DNA of 64,000 nucleotides from the NCBI GenBank assembly GCA_964016885.1, contig OZ024741.1, positions 343,852,001 through 343,916,000 of the forward strand. The letters run 5' to 3'. The notes beneath the pieces are model-generated. The model was not told where the DNA came from, did no database searches, and saw nothing but the letters and a program-made list of their open reading frames with translations. Positions within the stretch are counted from its first letter, which is position 1, and each line of letters starts with the position of its first letter. Of this stretch, positions 26,965 through 41,388 are shown piece by piece. This DNA comes from Eledone cirrhosa. Taxonomy: Eukaryota. A program made the translations under genes and the position numbers.

Positions 26965-28616
26965 AAACTTAGGATTCCGTTGTAAAAAAAATAGAATACT
27001 TTGGTATATATGTATAATTTAAAAGGTTCGGCTCTTGCTTTTCTTGGCAGTGGTAATTTTATTGTGCTTTGGTGTATTCCAGTCTGTTTCTTCTGTTTAT
27101 ATTTTCTTACTACCCCATGACAAATAAAATAAAATAACACAAATCTGTATTTAAAACATTGATGATATTGAATTAGGAATCGAAACACAGCATACGTTCT
27201 GGGTATATATGTATATATTCATATCACTATTAGTCTATTTTGTGTATAAAGTATATTGTTGCATGTGTAACTTTTATATTTGTCACATCTGGAGAAAACA
27301 GCGGAGGGACACAATCTTTGCAGAATCTCCGAGATAATGTTGATGTTCTGCTTAAGCTGTTGCCAGTTGTTTTAAGGAAAATTCCAATAATACATTTAGA
27401 CAGACCAAATAGATCGTTTTATTCAGTGTTTATATAGATTCTATTAATATTAAATACACTTTAGTTGTTTGTTTGTATATCAACGCTTACTTTTCGACCT
27501 CCCATGTGTAATGTGTACTTGAGATACTTGTAGAGTGTAATGTATTATTATTATTCTCATTCTTTATGTATTTTCTAATTTAATTTGATAAACTCCTATT
27601 TTGTTTTCTTTCTCTCAATTCTAAACCCTCTGAGGATTTCTCCAATATGTCACTATTTCTTACATTGTTGCACAATTGTCAACAACTTCCTTATTTTAAC
27701 GTTTCATTTTTATTTAAAATATGTTTTTCTATTTAGATGTATCTACATGCATTTCATGTGAATATATACGTTTAAATACACAGATACAACAAACAAGAGC
27801 ACACACAACCACACACATACACACTTATATAAATATACACCTGCTTAGCTATAATTTGTACAGCTCCATATATAAATGTATACAAATATATATTAATCTA
27901 TATTTATTTTATTTTGCATTAATTCATTTATATCTCGTTTATTTTGTTTTTCTTAAATCAATTTTTTTCGCTGAGATTTTTGCTTTCAATCCATGGAACA
28001 GTTTTATCCGAATTTTTTATACCTAACTCTACATTCTTTCTATAATTTACTTTAAAAACTCTATATTTTCTTACTTCCCACTGGTGGGTTTTCTTCATTT
28101 GAATTCCACATATAAATATGTTATTTGCTTTTCTGCAGTTAACAATGTTTACTACTCTTGTTCGTTTAATGGAAAAAAAAAATGTAAGTTATTTTTGATT
28201 TTTGTTTCATATTTTAATGCTGTGAAATTTGTATGTCTTTTTTTTTTTTTTTAATTTTAGTTTGGTTTCTTAACGACATTTGTTGTATTTATATTATTTG
28301 TTTTTAGTTTGTTAGTAAAACACAATGTTCTAATTGATGTAGCTGTACGTCGGTGCTATGATTATTTAAAACACTTAGTTGTAGAAACAGGAGGACACTA
28401 ATTAACGCATAATTGTTCAATTGTTAGTTACTGTGCTCATCACAGATTGAGTGGTGTCCCGTCTTCTACTTCTTAAACGACGAGTGAAACAGGAAATCTA
28501 TATCAAACTACTCGACATTCAAGAAATAGCAGCCAGATCATGAAAAAGAATACAGACTGTAGAACACAAACTACATTTGGTAAAATAAGACTGGATCATT
28601 ATAATAATAATAATAA

Positions 28617-28800
28617 GGCGGTGAATTGGCAGTATCGGTAGAGGGTCAGGCATGCTTTCCAGCATAGTTACGTCCCTCTACGATCTGAGTTCAAATCCCG
28701 CCGCGTTTAACTTTGCCTTTCATCCTTACGAGGTCGATAAAATAAAGTACCAGTAATGTACTGGGTAATTGCTAGCCTTGTGCCAAAAGTAGAAACAATT
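28617..28800 (+). mobile_element. tRNA-derived SINE copy in (TAA)n
   Basis: ggcggtgaattggcagtatcgg...gagttcaaatccc...agtagaaacaatt. Confidence 0.88.
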
Positions 28801-28824
28801 ATAATAATAATAATAATAATAATG

Positions 28825-29290
28825 AAATTATTGTGCAGTGTTCAGGTGCACTACAACTCATCAAAGGTGTATGTATAGTACATAGAATAATGTACAAATG
28901 TCAGGAAAATGAACAGTGTATGAGTCATGATGTACATGTGTGTGTGTGTATGGAGGGGGATATCAAGTATAGTGTTGGCGAATTTCAAGGAGCATGGAGG
29001 TTTTAAAGGATGCATTGTCTTGACAGCTAACAACTGATGCAGGTAGTTTGCAGGTAGCTTTAGCAACTCTGAGCGTGAAAAAATGTTTCCGAAAGTCATG
29101 GGAGCTGTGCTGTTTTCTGACTTTGTTGGCATACCCACGTGTGTTAGACACATGGAAATCAAAAAGGCGCTCAGGGTTGTTGTTGGCAAGATGGTTAATA
29201 ATTTTGTCGGTTTTTACCCAGTCAGTTGCCAGACGTCGGAGCTTCAATTTAATCATTGGTTTACATAGTCAGGAATACCGGGGGTTAAGC
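28825..29290 (-). mobile_element. 3' end of a CR1-type LINE
   Basis: NTRGYANKVRKQHSSHDFRKHFFTLRV..KLPASVV...ASFK, a CR1 ORF2 C-terminus, followed by a (TTA)n tail. Confidence 0.75.
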
Positions 29291-30124
29291 AACAAAAACA
29301 ACACCATCGATAAGAAAATCAAAATTTACACATGACGTTACTTAACTATGGAGATCGAAGAAAAATTAGTGTTTTTGCCTGATAAATGTGAATCTCCAGC
29401 TTATCTTCCTTACCATTGTCCGGGGAAACGCCTTCTCCATTCTGTCCACCGGAGCTATGGGGCGGCCAGAACGGGGAACCCCATTTGCTCACCATACAGA
29501 GAGATGGGGAGGGCGAGAGAGAGGGGGGCGATGATGGTGTGAGTTCGGCTCTTCCGTGTTCGGACACATTTCACCTGTCAAGAGTGTATTTTCATACTAG
29601 AGAAAAAAATATATACCTGTTAAACATAACGACCAAGTTCCCCTCATCGGTGTTAATATAAAATGACAAAAATACGAAGTGCTCATAGTATGGAGTGCCT
29701 TTGATCAGAAATTTAAACGATCAAATCGAATTCTGACAAAAAGCATTGCAATCTTTCCATTATCGAAGATATTTCTAAGTCCCGTATGGATATCGTCGCG
29801 AGAACTGTGATTAGTTGAGTGTTATTTGTTGAAGCTAGCTATATTTGGGTCTCGTCCTTGCTAACGAACCTTTTCTTCTCCCTCTCACTTATATATGCAT
29901 CTGTAGTCAAATATCAGATATTATATTCCATTAATAGTTTCCACCCTCGATTTTCCTTTCCTTCTTACTTCCCTTCTATTTTCCTTTTGCTTTTTCTTTC
30001 TTTTGATCTTTTTTGTTTTCTATCACTACATCTGTCTCTATCCCTTTCTCTGCATCTGTCTGCATCCAACTCTTTTATCACCGTCTGTGTGATTGTGTGT
30101 GTCTTATATCTTTATCCCTCTGTA

Positions 30125-30172
<48 letters not shown>

Positions 30173-30418
30173 CCTATGTACCTGAACCCCCCCCCCCTCC
30201 TTTTCTCACACACATTGCCCATTTTCTCCGATCAAGTCACGTGTTCATTGAAACAGAAAATACGAATAACTAAATCTGTAATGACTATTATTATATGGCT
30301 TCAGCATTTTCTTCTAAATTATATATAAGTTATCATATCAGAATGTCTAGAACTACGCACAAACACAATCATACACAGACGCACACAATTATACATACAC
30401 TCATACACATATCCACAG

Positions 30419-30540
<122 letters not shown>

Positions 30541-30679
30541 GCATATATATGTATGTATGTGGAAAATAAACTGTAGAATGTGAAAGAGTGCGTAGGTGAG
30601 AGTGGGAAGGTAACGGATAGAAAGAAAAGCGAAATAGTTAGAGGCAGCGATGGAGAGAGAGAGGGAGAGACAGAGAGAG

Positions 30680-30713
<34 letters not shown>

Positions 30714-30794
30714 GGAGAGAGAGAGAGTAAGCGAGTGAGAGAGAGAGAGTGAGCGAGTGAGAGAGAGAGTGAGAGAGAAGAGAGAGAGTGAGCT

Positions 30795-30846
<52 letters not shown>

Positions 30847-30975
30847 GGAGGGATGAGAGAAACAGAAATTATATTGTACTTTCGGTGGGAGACCCTATAC
30901 TATTGCTCATATTGTTCAAACCCCGGAAATTCTCACATTATTCGATGCCAGACAAATATTACCAGGTAGTCAATT

Positions 30976-31373
30976 GGTGTGGATTGGTAAAATCAGCAGA
31001 GCGTCGGACAACATGCTTTGCAGCATAGAGTTATGGCCCTTTACTTTCTGAGTTCAAATTCCACCGAGGTTAACTTTGCCTTTCATCCTTACGGGATCGA
31101 TAAAATAAAGTACCAGTAATGCACTGGGGGTAATTGCCGGCCTTGTACCAAAAGTAGAAACAATTATTATAGACGATTATTGATCTTATTTGATCTTATT
31201 GATCTTATTTGATCCTACCAAGGGTAGAGAGTGGGGCACCGAATTAGTGGACTCGTTAGAACATTGGATAGAAATATTTTCGGTATTCGTTTCGGCTCTG
31301 CGCATTGAGTTGAAATCCCACCGAAATCAACTTTGCCTTTCATCACTTTGCGCCCGATAAAAAAGTACCAGTT
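30976..31373 (+). mobile_element. Two adjacent SINE copies (30976-31165 and 31232-31373)
   Basis: B box and ctttgcctttcatc...gataaaa..agtaccagt core in both. Confidence 0.8.
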
Positions 31374-31964
31374 ACTTAGTGGGCTCCATACTTTTTTCTA
31401 TATCTCTTTTTTACTACTCATCACGATCCCCCCCCCCCTCTCTCTCTCTCTCAATGTTTCCTCTCTCTCTAACTCACTTTCACTCGCTCTCTCTGTCTTT
31501 CTCTTCTCTCTTTCTCTCCCCCCCTCTCTCTCTCTCCCTTTCTCTCTTTCTCTCTTTCTATGGAAGAAATGGCAATGTTCAAACCTGGAAAAGGGATAAG
31601 TTCTTCCAGGTTCTGACAAAATGCCCAACAGTGGCCTTACCAATCCATCAGGAGTTACGGACTAAAAGAAAAAGAATTTAGTGAATGAGTACCCAGTGGA
31701 ATTTAGAAGCATTTGTTTCAGTTCTGAGTTGAAATTTCTCCTAGTGTCGATTTTCACTTTGATCCTTTCGATGCCTTTCCTGTCGTCGATAAAATAACGA
31801 TAACAATATAGTTCTCTTCCTATCTCTTCTTTTCATGCCACATCACGTCTGACGGACGGTAAATATACGATGAACGGTTATGATATATGTGCGTGTAGAT
31901 GTGTGTATGAATGTATGTATGTACGTATGTATGTTTGTATGTATGTATGTATGTATGTATGTAT

Positions 31965-32455
31965 GTATGTCTCATTCTCGCGTCGTCGGCGACTAAACCG
32001 GCAACCCCACTAAGCTTGCTTGGTGAGGAGGGAGATATTTGGACACCCTGCGGGATGAAATACAAAACCCGACAAAGGGCGGAGGAACTCAGCAGAGCCA
32101 GCGACCATCCAAATAGCAATTTTCTTCTTTTTTTTGATCTGGGAGTGAAAGGCCCCCAGTTGTTGTCACAACACCTTTCTAAGAGAGAGAGAAACTCTGA
32201 AAAACAAACCTGCGGCTTCGGAATCATCCGATGATGTTGACCAGTTCTCCTTTTCAGGTTGTATTTTCGATGCTCAGAAAGTGGGATTGGTCGAGTGCAA
32301 GGCTTTTACCCACTTAAAAAATCTTTCAAAGCACAGGCATTGCTTGCCCAGGATATTTTACAGGTTCGTGTGGCTGGCCGTAGCCTAAAAGTGCACTGAA
32401 CTCTATAATCTGACAAGCGATTGCAATACTCTTAACAAAGTTTGCAGCCATCATG
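31965..32455 (+). mobile_element. Diverged copy of the ~624-bp retroposon family in (TATG)n
   Basis: ggcgactaaaccggcaacccc...ggtgaggaggg...cagccatcatg aligns to the reverse complement of 23228-23790. Confidence 0.75.
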
Positions 32456-32899
32456 TATGTATGCATGTATGCATGTATATATGTATGCATGTATGAAAGT
32501 ATGTAAGAATGTATGTATGTTTGTATGTATGTTTATATGTATGTATATCATTATCCTTCATTAACTTTTTGTTCATACACAGAACATCGTAAAGAACGCA
32601 TCATTACAAATGCTTTCCCAAAGACCACCACCTGGATGTGAGGCTGGTTTGGCAGCCTTATAGATATGCTACAGTTGATTTAATGTGCTTCGTTCTTCCT
32701 CATCTATAAATCTTTGATCTAACAGGCGCCGCTGTCATATACGCATATGGAATTGCAAGGGTGCCGTATTTATATGCGGCGTGTCTTGGACATTTTTGTA
32801 CTACGAAGAACCCATCTCTTCTCCGGGTCTGAATACAGCAGATTTCTTCAAGTGAAGGATAGAGAGTGATAGAGAGGAAATGAGAAATAGATATAGAGG

Positions 32900-33050
32900 A
32901 AGAATTGACCCCATTACTTGACTGGTATTTTTTTTATCGACCTCGTAATGACGAAAGACAAATTTGACTTCGGAGGGTTTTGAACTTATAGCGCAGAGAT
33001 TCGGAACAAATGCCGCAAAACATTCTAAAAGACTCAGCGAATTTGCCACC
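32900..33050 (-). mobile_element. Old SINE copy
   Basis: Degenerate B box and core on -. Confidence 0.6.
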
Positions 33051-33819
33051 AGCATCAGTAGTAGAATAGACACAATTTATTTTTGTATGTCTCTTTACGT
33101 TCCCAATGCATGTCCTTCCATAGTTGATATATTAGCTACTACGGAAATACTAATATAGATAAATGCGTGATTTTGTTTCTATAGCTTTAATGCTTTTATT
33201 TATGACAGATTCTTCCTATATATGTTTATGTAATAGAGTGTAAGGTAAGGATAAATTAATCTATTTGATTATAAATGCAAGATAAATAAGCAAAATATGC
33301 TATGCTAGGAAGCATAGATATTACGAATATTATTATTAGTTATAAATATTTAATCAACTCCAGACATGGCGCTGTGTTTCCATTGCTAATTCAACTCATC
33401 AGTGATTAAAGGAGTTTTGTATAGCTTTCTATTAAATACAGCTATTTCATGTTACTATCGATGAGTTAATAAGCATTTTGTACTGTCTATTATATAAACG
33501 TAACTCTAGTGTAGAGTACTGAGCATTTTGTATCTATTATATAAAGATACACCGAGGCATATATATGAATTCATTTCCTAATGTTTAAACCGATAAAACT
33601 ATCTCCATGTCTGGAATATTCTATGCATACGTTGTGGATGCATAACAGATCTTCTGGAAAATGAGGTTTAATAACCAATACGATATGGCGGTTAGTAAAC
33701 AGCCTTATTACCTCATGACAAATAATAGAAAATAATCCAAAGCTCTAGTAAAAGAAGCTGATGTCATTGAATTAGGAATCGGAACACAGAACCCATTCTG
33801 GGTAAATTTCAATATTAAT

Positions 33820-34570
33820 ATTTGAACAAGTACAGCTGAGCTCCTCCGCAAGATCGGAACGTCGGCGGGACATCTGAAGAGGGAGCCTCACAAGGTTGGG
33901 TGGCTGTTGCAGCGAGTGTCACTGGCCATCGTCCGCGAGGATGCTTTTGCGTTCTTGTCCGCGGGGCACAGCACTTCTGCCCCTTTGCCCTAGACCCAAA
34001 GCCCAATCATCCCTCCCCTCTCTTCTGCGACACCAGAGCTCTTGCCACCCCCTATCCTTCCCATTCTTTTTTCTTTCTTTTTCTCTTTTTTTTCTGTATT
34101 TCCCTATTCTTTTTTGTTTTGTTTCCTTTTCTTTTTTTATTATTGGCGTTATTATAGTTGTCATTAAGGAAGGTGAGCGTGGCGAGAGAAGTGCTGCCCC
34201 CCAGTACAACTGCTAAAAGGTGGATGAATGTGGCGGGAATGGCCCGTGTGAGTGGGCCTAGTCTAACCATAGGCTGGCTAACTTGAGGAGGAGCGGGTTG
34301 CTCTACCCGGCTGCCCTAAAAGCATAGGGTGGTTCAGGTTTGGTGGGGTACATGAGTCACCTCTGAGGCATCCTCCTCCTCCCCTATTGGTGAATTTATT
34401 TTGTTATATTTATGCATAGTTTATTTTATATTTTTTATACTTTCATTGTTAAATTAGTCTTGCCATTGTGCACTTTTACCCGAGTTTATTGTAAACCCCC
34501 ACTGTCCGTGTTTTTGTATTGTCCCCTACATGTCGGTCCTTGTGGCCAATAAATGAAATCATTATTATAA
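33820..34570 (+). mobile_element. 3' end of a CRE-type retrotransposon with 3' UTR
   Basis: REPHKVGWLLQRVSLAIVREDAFAFLSAG is homologous to 18520-18720; ends ggccaataaatgaaatc followed by (ATT)n. Confidence 0.65.
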
Positions 34571-34679
34571 CTAGAGCCCTTACCATATCTTTCTTTTTTC
34601 TTTTTTTTTTATATTTTCTTATTTTACATTCCATTCTTTCTTCTCAATCTAAATTTTATTTTTTATTTTTGTATTAAAT

Positions 34680-35450
34680 TGTATCATCTAGTACAGGTAA
34701 TTGATGATAACCTCGGTTGAGGTAGATTTTGGAGAAAATCGAGTACCCTGCTAACTGAACAGAGAAGCCTTGTATATGCAGAATGGAGTAGCAGTAGAGT
34801 GAGGTACTTTTGTTAAGACAGCGATAATCCCTGCTGGGTCGCCAAGCTCTATTGGGTTTGGGCGCTTCGTGTAGAGGTGAAGACCAGGGACGGTTTGATC
34901 GATGAACGATGCCCAAAACTTCCATATTGTCAAATTTGACCTTCACAATAGTAAATATGTCTGGTGGTACACGACACACACTCTTGTGTACTGGAGAATT
35001 GGTGGTTGGAATGTAGTGCTTTACTCTGTGGTGAGTTGTGGATTGGGAGATGTCATGATAATGAGTTTCAGGTAATTCAAAAGGAATTCCGAGAACTCGT
35101 TCTTGGTCTCAGAGATGTTTGATATATGAAATGTCACACGTGCAGGTGTTGCCAGAGAAACAGAGGCATACTTACTGCTATTGATGAGTCGTCTCCCCTG
35201 ATTATCACCTAACAGTGAGTGAGCTCGAAGGAAGTCTGCTCCAATGATAGACATCAGCGACGGTGAATGTCCATGTATATTACAGTGAGCCTCTGTGGAG
35301 GGAGAGAGTACGGTATCTGTAAGCTTTGATTGTAGAATCATTGGCAGCTGTCACTGACTCCCCTCTCAATAACGGAGATCGTTTGCAGATGCCGGGATGA
35401 CATTGACTTCTACCTCTGTGTCGATTAAGAATCTGACTGGAGATCTGATC
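34680..35450 (-). pseudogene. Decayed Ty3/Gypsy pol fragment (protease to RT)
   Basis: FLIDT..EVNVIP-like protease motif, IIGADFLRAHSLL, PWSSPLH..PK...WRP..DYRCLN, FSKI.L.RGYHQLPV. Confidence 0.85.
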
Positions 35451-35889
35451 ATAGACATACGGGACAGTTGATCATGTTTGCTGACCACCAGGGTGTTTAT
35501 TGGTGGTTGGTCCTAGAGTTTCTCCCGAAGTCAATGATAAACTTGGTATCTTTTGCTTCAAATTTCTTGTGAAAGAAACACATATCACTTTACATGACCT
35601 CATTGTCTTGTGGTTGACCTTGTGGTGTTCATTCTCCCTCATTACACCCTTTTCCGCCTCTTTCCCACACTTTCACACTTCGTATCCCTCTTTACCCCTG
35701 TTCCCTACTTTCCCCATTTTTTAACCTCTCTTTCCCTATTTCTTTAACCTGCTGTCTTCCCTCCTCTTTTCCATCCTTCCTTCCCTTGATGTTTTTCCTC
35801 CCCTTCTTCACTTCTGCCTCTTCCAACCCCTTCTTTCCCTACCCCACTTTACTCCACTTCCTACCCTCTTTCTCCCTTTCTTGATTTCA

Positions 35890-37350
35890 CCCACCATTTT
35901 ACCCACTATCATTATTTTACCCACAATTTTAACCCAAATTATTACTTTACCTACCACTTTACACACAATAATCATTTTACGCACCAGTTTACCCGCAATA
36001 ATTATTTTACCCACCACTTACCCACAATAATTATTTTAGCCACCATTTTACCCACGGTAATTATTTTACCCACCTTGTTACCCTCAATAATTATTTTATC
36101 TACTACTTTACCCACAATAATTATTTTACCCATTTTTACCCACATTAATTATTTTACCCACCACTTACCCACAGTAATTATTTTACCCACCATTTACCAA
36201 CAATAATTATTTTACCTACAACTACCCACAATAATCATTTTTTTGGGGGGTCCGTTTTTTATTTGGGGGGATCCGTTTTTTATTGGGGGGGGCGGTCCGT
36301 TTTTTATTTGGGGTGATCCGGTTTTTATTTGGGGATCCATTTTATATTGGGGGGGGGGTACCGTTTTTTATTTGGGGGATCCGTTTTTATTTGGGGGGAT
36401 CCGTTTTTTATTTGGTGGGAAGGCCGTTTTTTATTTGGGGGTGGTCCGTTTTTTATTCGGGGAGATCCGTTTTTATTTTTGGGGGTTTATTGGCGGGGGT
36501 CTCCGTTTTTTATTTGGGGGGGTCCGTTTTTTGTTTGGGGGGTGTTCGTTTTTTATTCGAGGGCATCCGTTTTAATGGGGGGGGTCCATTTTTATTTGGG
36601 GAGGGGGATCCGTTTTTTATTGGGGAGGGGGGCGTTTTTTATTTGGGGGATCCGTTTTTTATTTGAGGGTCTATCTTTTATTTGGGGGCGATCCGTTTTT
36701 TATTGGGGGGGGTCCGTTTTTTACCCACAGTAATTATTTTACCTACCTCTTTTACCCACAATAATTATTTTATCCACCAGTTTACCCAGAATAATCATTT
36801 TACCCACCGCCTTACCCACTATAATCATTTTACTCACAATAATTATTTTACCCACCATTTTACACAATAATAATTTTACTCACCATTTTACGCACCGCTT
36901 TATCCACAATAATTATTTTACCTACCACTACCCACAATAATTATTATACCTACCACTTTACCCAGAATAATTATTGTACCTACCATTTTACCCACAATAA
37001 TTATTTTACCTACAATAATCATTTTATCCACAATAATCATTCTACCCACCCTTTTACCCACAATATTCATTTTACCCACCATTTTACCCACAATAATTAT
37101 TTTACCTACAATAATCATTTTATCCACAATAATCATTCTACCCACCCTTTTACCCACAATATTCATATTACCCACCATTTTACCCACAATAATTATTTTA
37201 CCTACCCTTACCCACAATAATTATTTTACCTACCACTTTACCCACAATAATTATTTTACCTACCTTTTACCCACAATAATTATTTTACCTACCTTTTACC
37301 CACAATAATTATTTTACGCACAATAATCATTTTACCCACCTAATAATTAT
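35890..37350. repeat. ~30-bp minisatellite (acccacaataattattttacccaccactt) interrupted by a ~20-bp-unit array (gggggatccgttttttattt, 36241-36720)
   Basis: Directly visible tandem units. Confidence 0.9.
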
Positions 37351-37399
37351 TTATTATGTGTTCAGCGATTCTTTACGGAGACATTCTAACCACATACTC

Positions 37400-37750
37400 A
37401 TAATATCGGAGTTGTGATCTTTATGCACTTTATCGAGTAACGTTACTCCAAAGACCCTTTGGAGGAATCCCATTTCTGCCACTTTTATTTGCAATTGTAT
37501 TCTTTTGGTCATTACTCAAGATTCATGATCCTCGGTAAAAGTTGGCAGGAATACCAGGAAGACAGCGAGTTTGGCTTTTACACTTACCCCTTCATCTGAT
37601 TGCTAAATGCTTAGGCTGGCGCGTTAATGCATCAGCTTTTGCAATTCTTGCATTTAATTCAGCCTCTTGCATTCCATCACTCATGAACACGGCTCCAAGA
37701 TACTTGAACTTCTCTAACTGCTTCAATAGAACTCCATTCACATGTCTATA
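37400..37750 (-). mobile_element. RTE-type LINE RT fragment
   Basis: HVNGVLLKQLEKFKYLGAVFMSDGMQEAELNARIAKA. Confidence 0.7.
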
Positions 37751-37959
37751 AATTTGAGTGACTTCTGTCCACTGGTCCAACACAAAATGTGTATGTGTGT
37801 TTGTGTGAATGTATTTGTGTTTAAAAGGAAGGAAAAGGATACACACATATATATGTCTAACTTAAAAACAGTGACACACACACACGTGTCTATAATTTAA
37901 GAATGCCGACAAACTCACGCACGCGCACATACGCACACTGTCCTATTACCTCTCAAGAG

Positions 37960-38400
37960 CTTTGGCCTGGGCAAACATCCCCTCAATTTTGGAACCGTCT
38001 GGGTTGTCCTGAATTGATGGGAAATGACTTGACGGTCTTACTCTGTGCTCCTGGTCAAGAGTCAGGTGCCTTACCTGGGACGTCACAGTTAGTGACTCTT
38101 TTGCTTCTTCCCACATCCTGGATGCAGCGGTAAGGGTGAGAGCTACAGTATCCGCAGCTGAATGGAAGAAACTCCTAAAGTACCGTGTTCTGTCAGCTAA
38201 CTACATTATCCAGCTTGTGGCGTTCGAGGCGTTTGGGGGAGTCGGGCTATAGCGAGATTCTTATCTTCACTCGCCAAACAGAGGTAACTGGTGATGCTCA
38301 CGAGGGCACTTGGTTGTTCCAGCACAATCAGCCTCGCCATCACCCCAGGTAACGCTGCGAGCGTGCTGGCCTGCCTCAAAAATTATTATAGAGATTTCAC
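37960..38400 (+). mobile_element. Decayed CRE-type RLE C-terminus
   Basis: AAEWKKLLKYR.L..NYIIQLVAFEAFGG and WLFQ..SLAI..GNAASVL, read across frames. Confidence 0.65.
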
Positions 38401-39116
38401 AGTGCTCCTCGCTATATTGCTATATTTTGCTCTGGTAGCGGCTCGTTTTCAACTCTTTCGCCTGCATTTTGTTCTGTGGCGTAAGATGTGTGTATTTTCT
38501 CTTTCTTGTTTTCCTTTCCCTTTCCTTTGTATATTTTATATTTGTTAGTGTTTTCGTTCTATAACCATTATATTAAATGAGTTTAAAAAAAGAAGAGTTA
38601 ATTAATAAATAAAGAGTTAATAAATAAATAAAACGTTATACTCCCATTTTCAATTTCACCGAACCCTGCTATCATGACTATGTGTGTGTTTGTGTAAATG
38701 TATGTGTGAATATATGTAGGGTTTTGTGAAAGTATATGTGTGAATGTATGTGTATTTGTGTGAATGTATGTGTACTTGTGTGAATTATGTCCGTGAGGGT
38801 GTATTTTTATAAGTTTGTGTTTGCGCAATTATAGTTATATACTCATAATATTTATATACTCATACATATAGATGTATGTATATGCACACTCATATGCGTC
38901 AGCGTGTAGAAAATCATAAGCTCTCTATCTCTCTCATCACAGACTCTCTCTTTCTATATATATGGTAGTTGAAATGGTGGTGGTGGTGACGATATACCGG
39001 AAGTGCAACTTTGAAAAGGAGTCAATTTTAAATTATTTATTTTTATGAAATTATTTATGTTTACGAAATTTAGTACATAAATTATGTAATATTCATTCAT
39101 TATTTATTCAAAGTAA

Positions 39117-39213
39117 AGGTTAACTTTGCCTTTCATCCTTACGGGGTCGATAAAATAAAGTACCAGTAATACACTGGGATAATTGCTGGCCTTGTGCCAA
39201 AAGTAGAAACAAT
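39117..39213 (+). mobile_element. 3' half of a SINE
   Basis: Core and tail only; flanked by a duplicated ttatttattcaaagtaa. Confidence 0.8.
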
Positions 39214-40692
39214 TATTTATTCAAAGTAATCCAACTTATTTTACTAACTGGATTAAAATAAATAAACCGTACGCAGTCACGCAGCCCTTGCTTTATTATA
39301 GTTTAGATTATTATTAATGTCACTGTAAATAAACATTTTACATTAGACAATCTAGTGGAAATATTCTTGCATGTGTATTGTTTTTTCATTTGTTACACCT
39401 GGGGGATTGTTGAAATGCCCGGAGGCTTCGCAGACTCTCCGAGATAATTTTGTTGTTCTACATCAGCAGATGTCAGTCAACATATGTAGGAAACAGATTA
39501 AAAAGGAGGTACATAGACCATTGTTCTGGACGTGAAGGATTACGTGTAGTGGTTAGCGCCGAGTCTAGGCGTGGACACAGTATAGGTGATAAGAGGAATC
39601 GAGATGAGTAAATTGGGATTTTTTGAGTGTAGTGGGCACGAGAACAGGTAGAACTGAGGTAAAAATAGTAGAGATAAAAGGAGTCTGTGAAAGGAAACAG
39701 CAGATTCGTGAGCCAGAAGCTGGAATTAGTTTCTAGGTAACTTTATACCAATTAACCAAGTGACTGTATTGTGGTTAATCTATGATATCTCTGAGTGGCA
39801 GCAACAACGTTCGATCTGTGGAAGCAGTTTTCTATTGTGTGTATTTCCTTGCCCCGTTAGCGCGGCAGTAATACTTCGGCGTTGATGTAACACGTAGCTT
39901 TAGAGAGGGTCAGTTTTTGTAATGCTGTCCCAATTATGTCAACGATATTCGTACAAGATCATCGGTGATACAGATCCTAAAATTTATATTACTCCTATGA
40001 GTTGAATCAGAGTACTATTTATATGTACAAGTAATGAGCTGATATGAACTACTTTTCTTTTTTGCAGTTGTACGAAACAAAGTGGGCAGGGTTCTGTTGA
40101 AGTATACATACGATATCTCTTCATGGGTTCAATGTAGGTTTGGTGTGACGTGTCAAGGCCACATAGGGATGGCATATACACGAGAAAGTTTATGGAACAA
40201 TGCAAATGTTACCAACTACATAAGATTAGGTCACGGACACAGACACACCATAGTGTATAGAACGAGTACTAACAGAAGACACCACGATACTGCAATCTGA
40301 TCGGAGGCCTCCGGTACAATGTAAGAGATATGGGTAAAGCCAATAGGTGAGCAGCTTTCACAAGAGCTTGGAAAGAAGTGTCAATGAACAAAACACATAA
40401 ACTCACAGGTAAGCACACAACAAACACAAATAGAGAGAGACACATATTAACACATATACACACACAGACACACACACACAGATACACAAACACACACATA
40501 CACACGCGCGCGCATGCACACACCCACACACACACATACACAGCCACACACATAAATACATACACACAGGGCAACATGACCATCAACAAATACAACAATA
40601 TATATCTGTCAATTTGTGTTTTTTATCTTTAAAAATCATTTTTTTATATTTCTCCATTGTCTTTTCCAATCTTCGTTAATTTTAAGTTGATA

Positions 40693-40719
40693 TCTAACTA
40701 TATATATATAAAAGCGAGG

Positions 40720-40795
<76 letters not shown>

Positions 40796-40839
40796 GTGTG
40801 TGTGCATGTGTGCGTGTGTGTGTGTGTGTGTGCGCGCGC

Positions 40840-40891
<52 letters not shown>

Positions 40892-41388
40892 ATGTGTGTG
40901 TGTGTGTGCGTGTGTGTGTCTGTGGACAACTTTGGACAGCTAAGGCTTTTACAATTCCCAACCGAATTTGACCAAATTTTCTGTGCACGCTGCACCTGTC
41001 GCTAACATGGTCACATCACAACATTTTTCAAATCGACCTACGTTGAACAATAAAAAATCGATAGCAAAATTATTTTTTCTAAAGTGCATGATGTAAGGTA
41101 GAAATGAATCAAAACAAAATCCTTATGGGACTCTCCATTCAAACTGTTGGGACTACAACTTTTCAGCTGTAGCTTGCCTTTTTTTGTCACTCGCGACAAA
41201 ATTCTAGGTGTTTATTCTCTGCACTACAAGGCTCTTGAGCGAGCATCGATTTTCTTTATAAGTCACATGCCTGTGTCAGCAAACCCATAAAAACTAAATC
41301 CTTATGGGATTTTCCCTTCAATTTACTTCCTAGTTGTATATTCTTAGCATAATTTCAAACCCCGGGCAACGCCGGGTAAATCTGCTAG
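40693..41388 (+). mobile_element. Non-autonomous Helitron carrying a (GT)n microsatellite
   Basis: 5' A|TCTAACTATATATATATAAAAG; 3' hairpin cccgggcaacgccggg followed by CTAG|T; inserted between A and T with no TSD. Confidence 0.8.

Noticed and set aside
36243-37217. GGPFFIW and VGKIII repeat ORFs
   Set aside because: Minisatellite translations.
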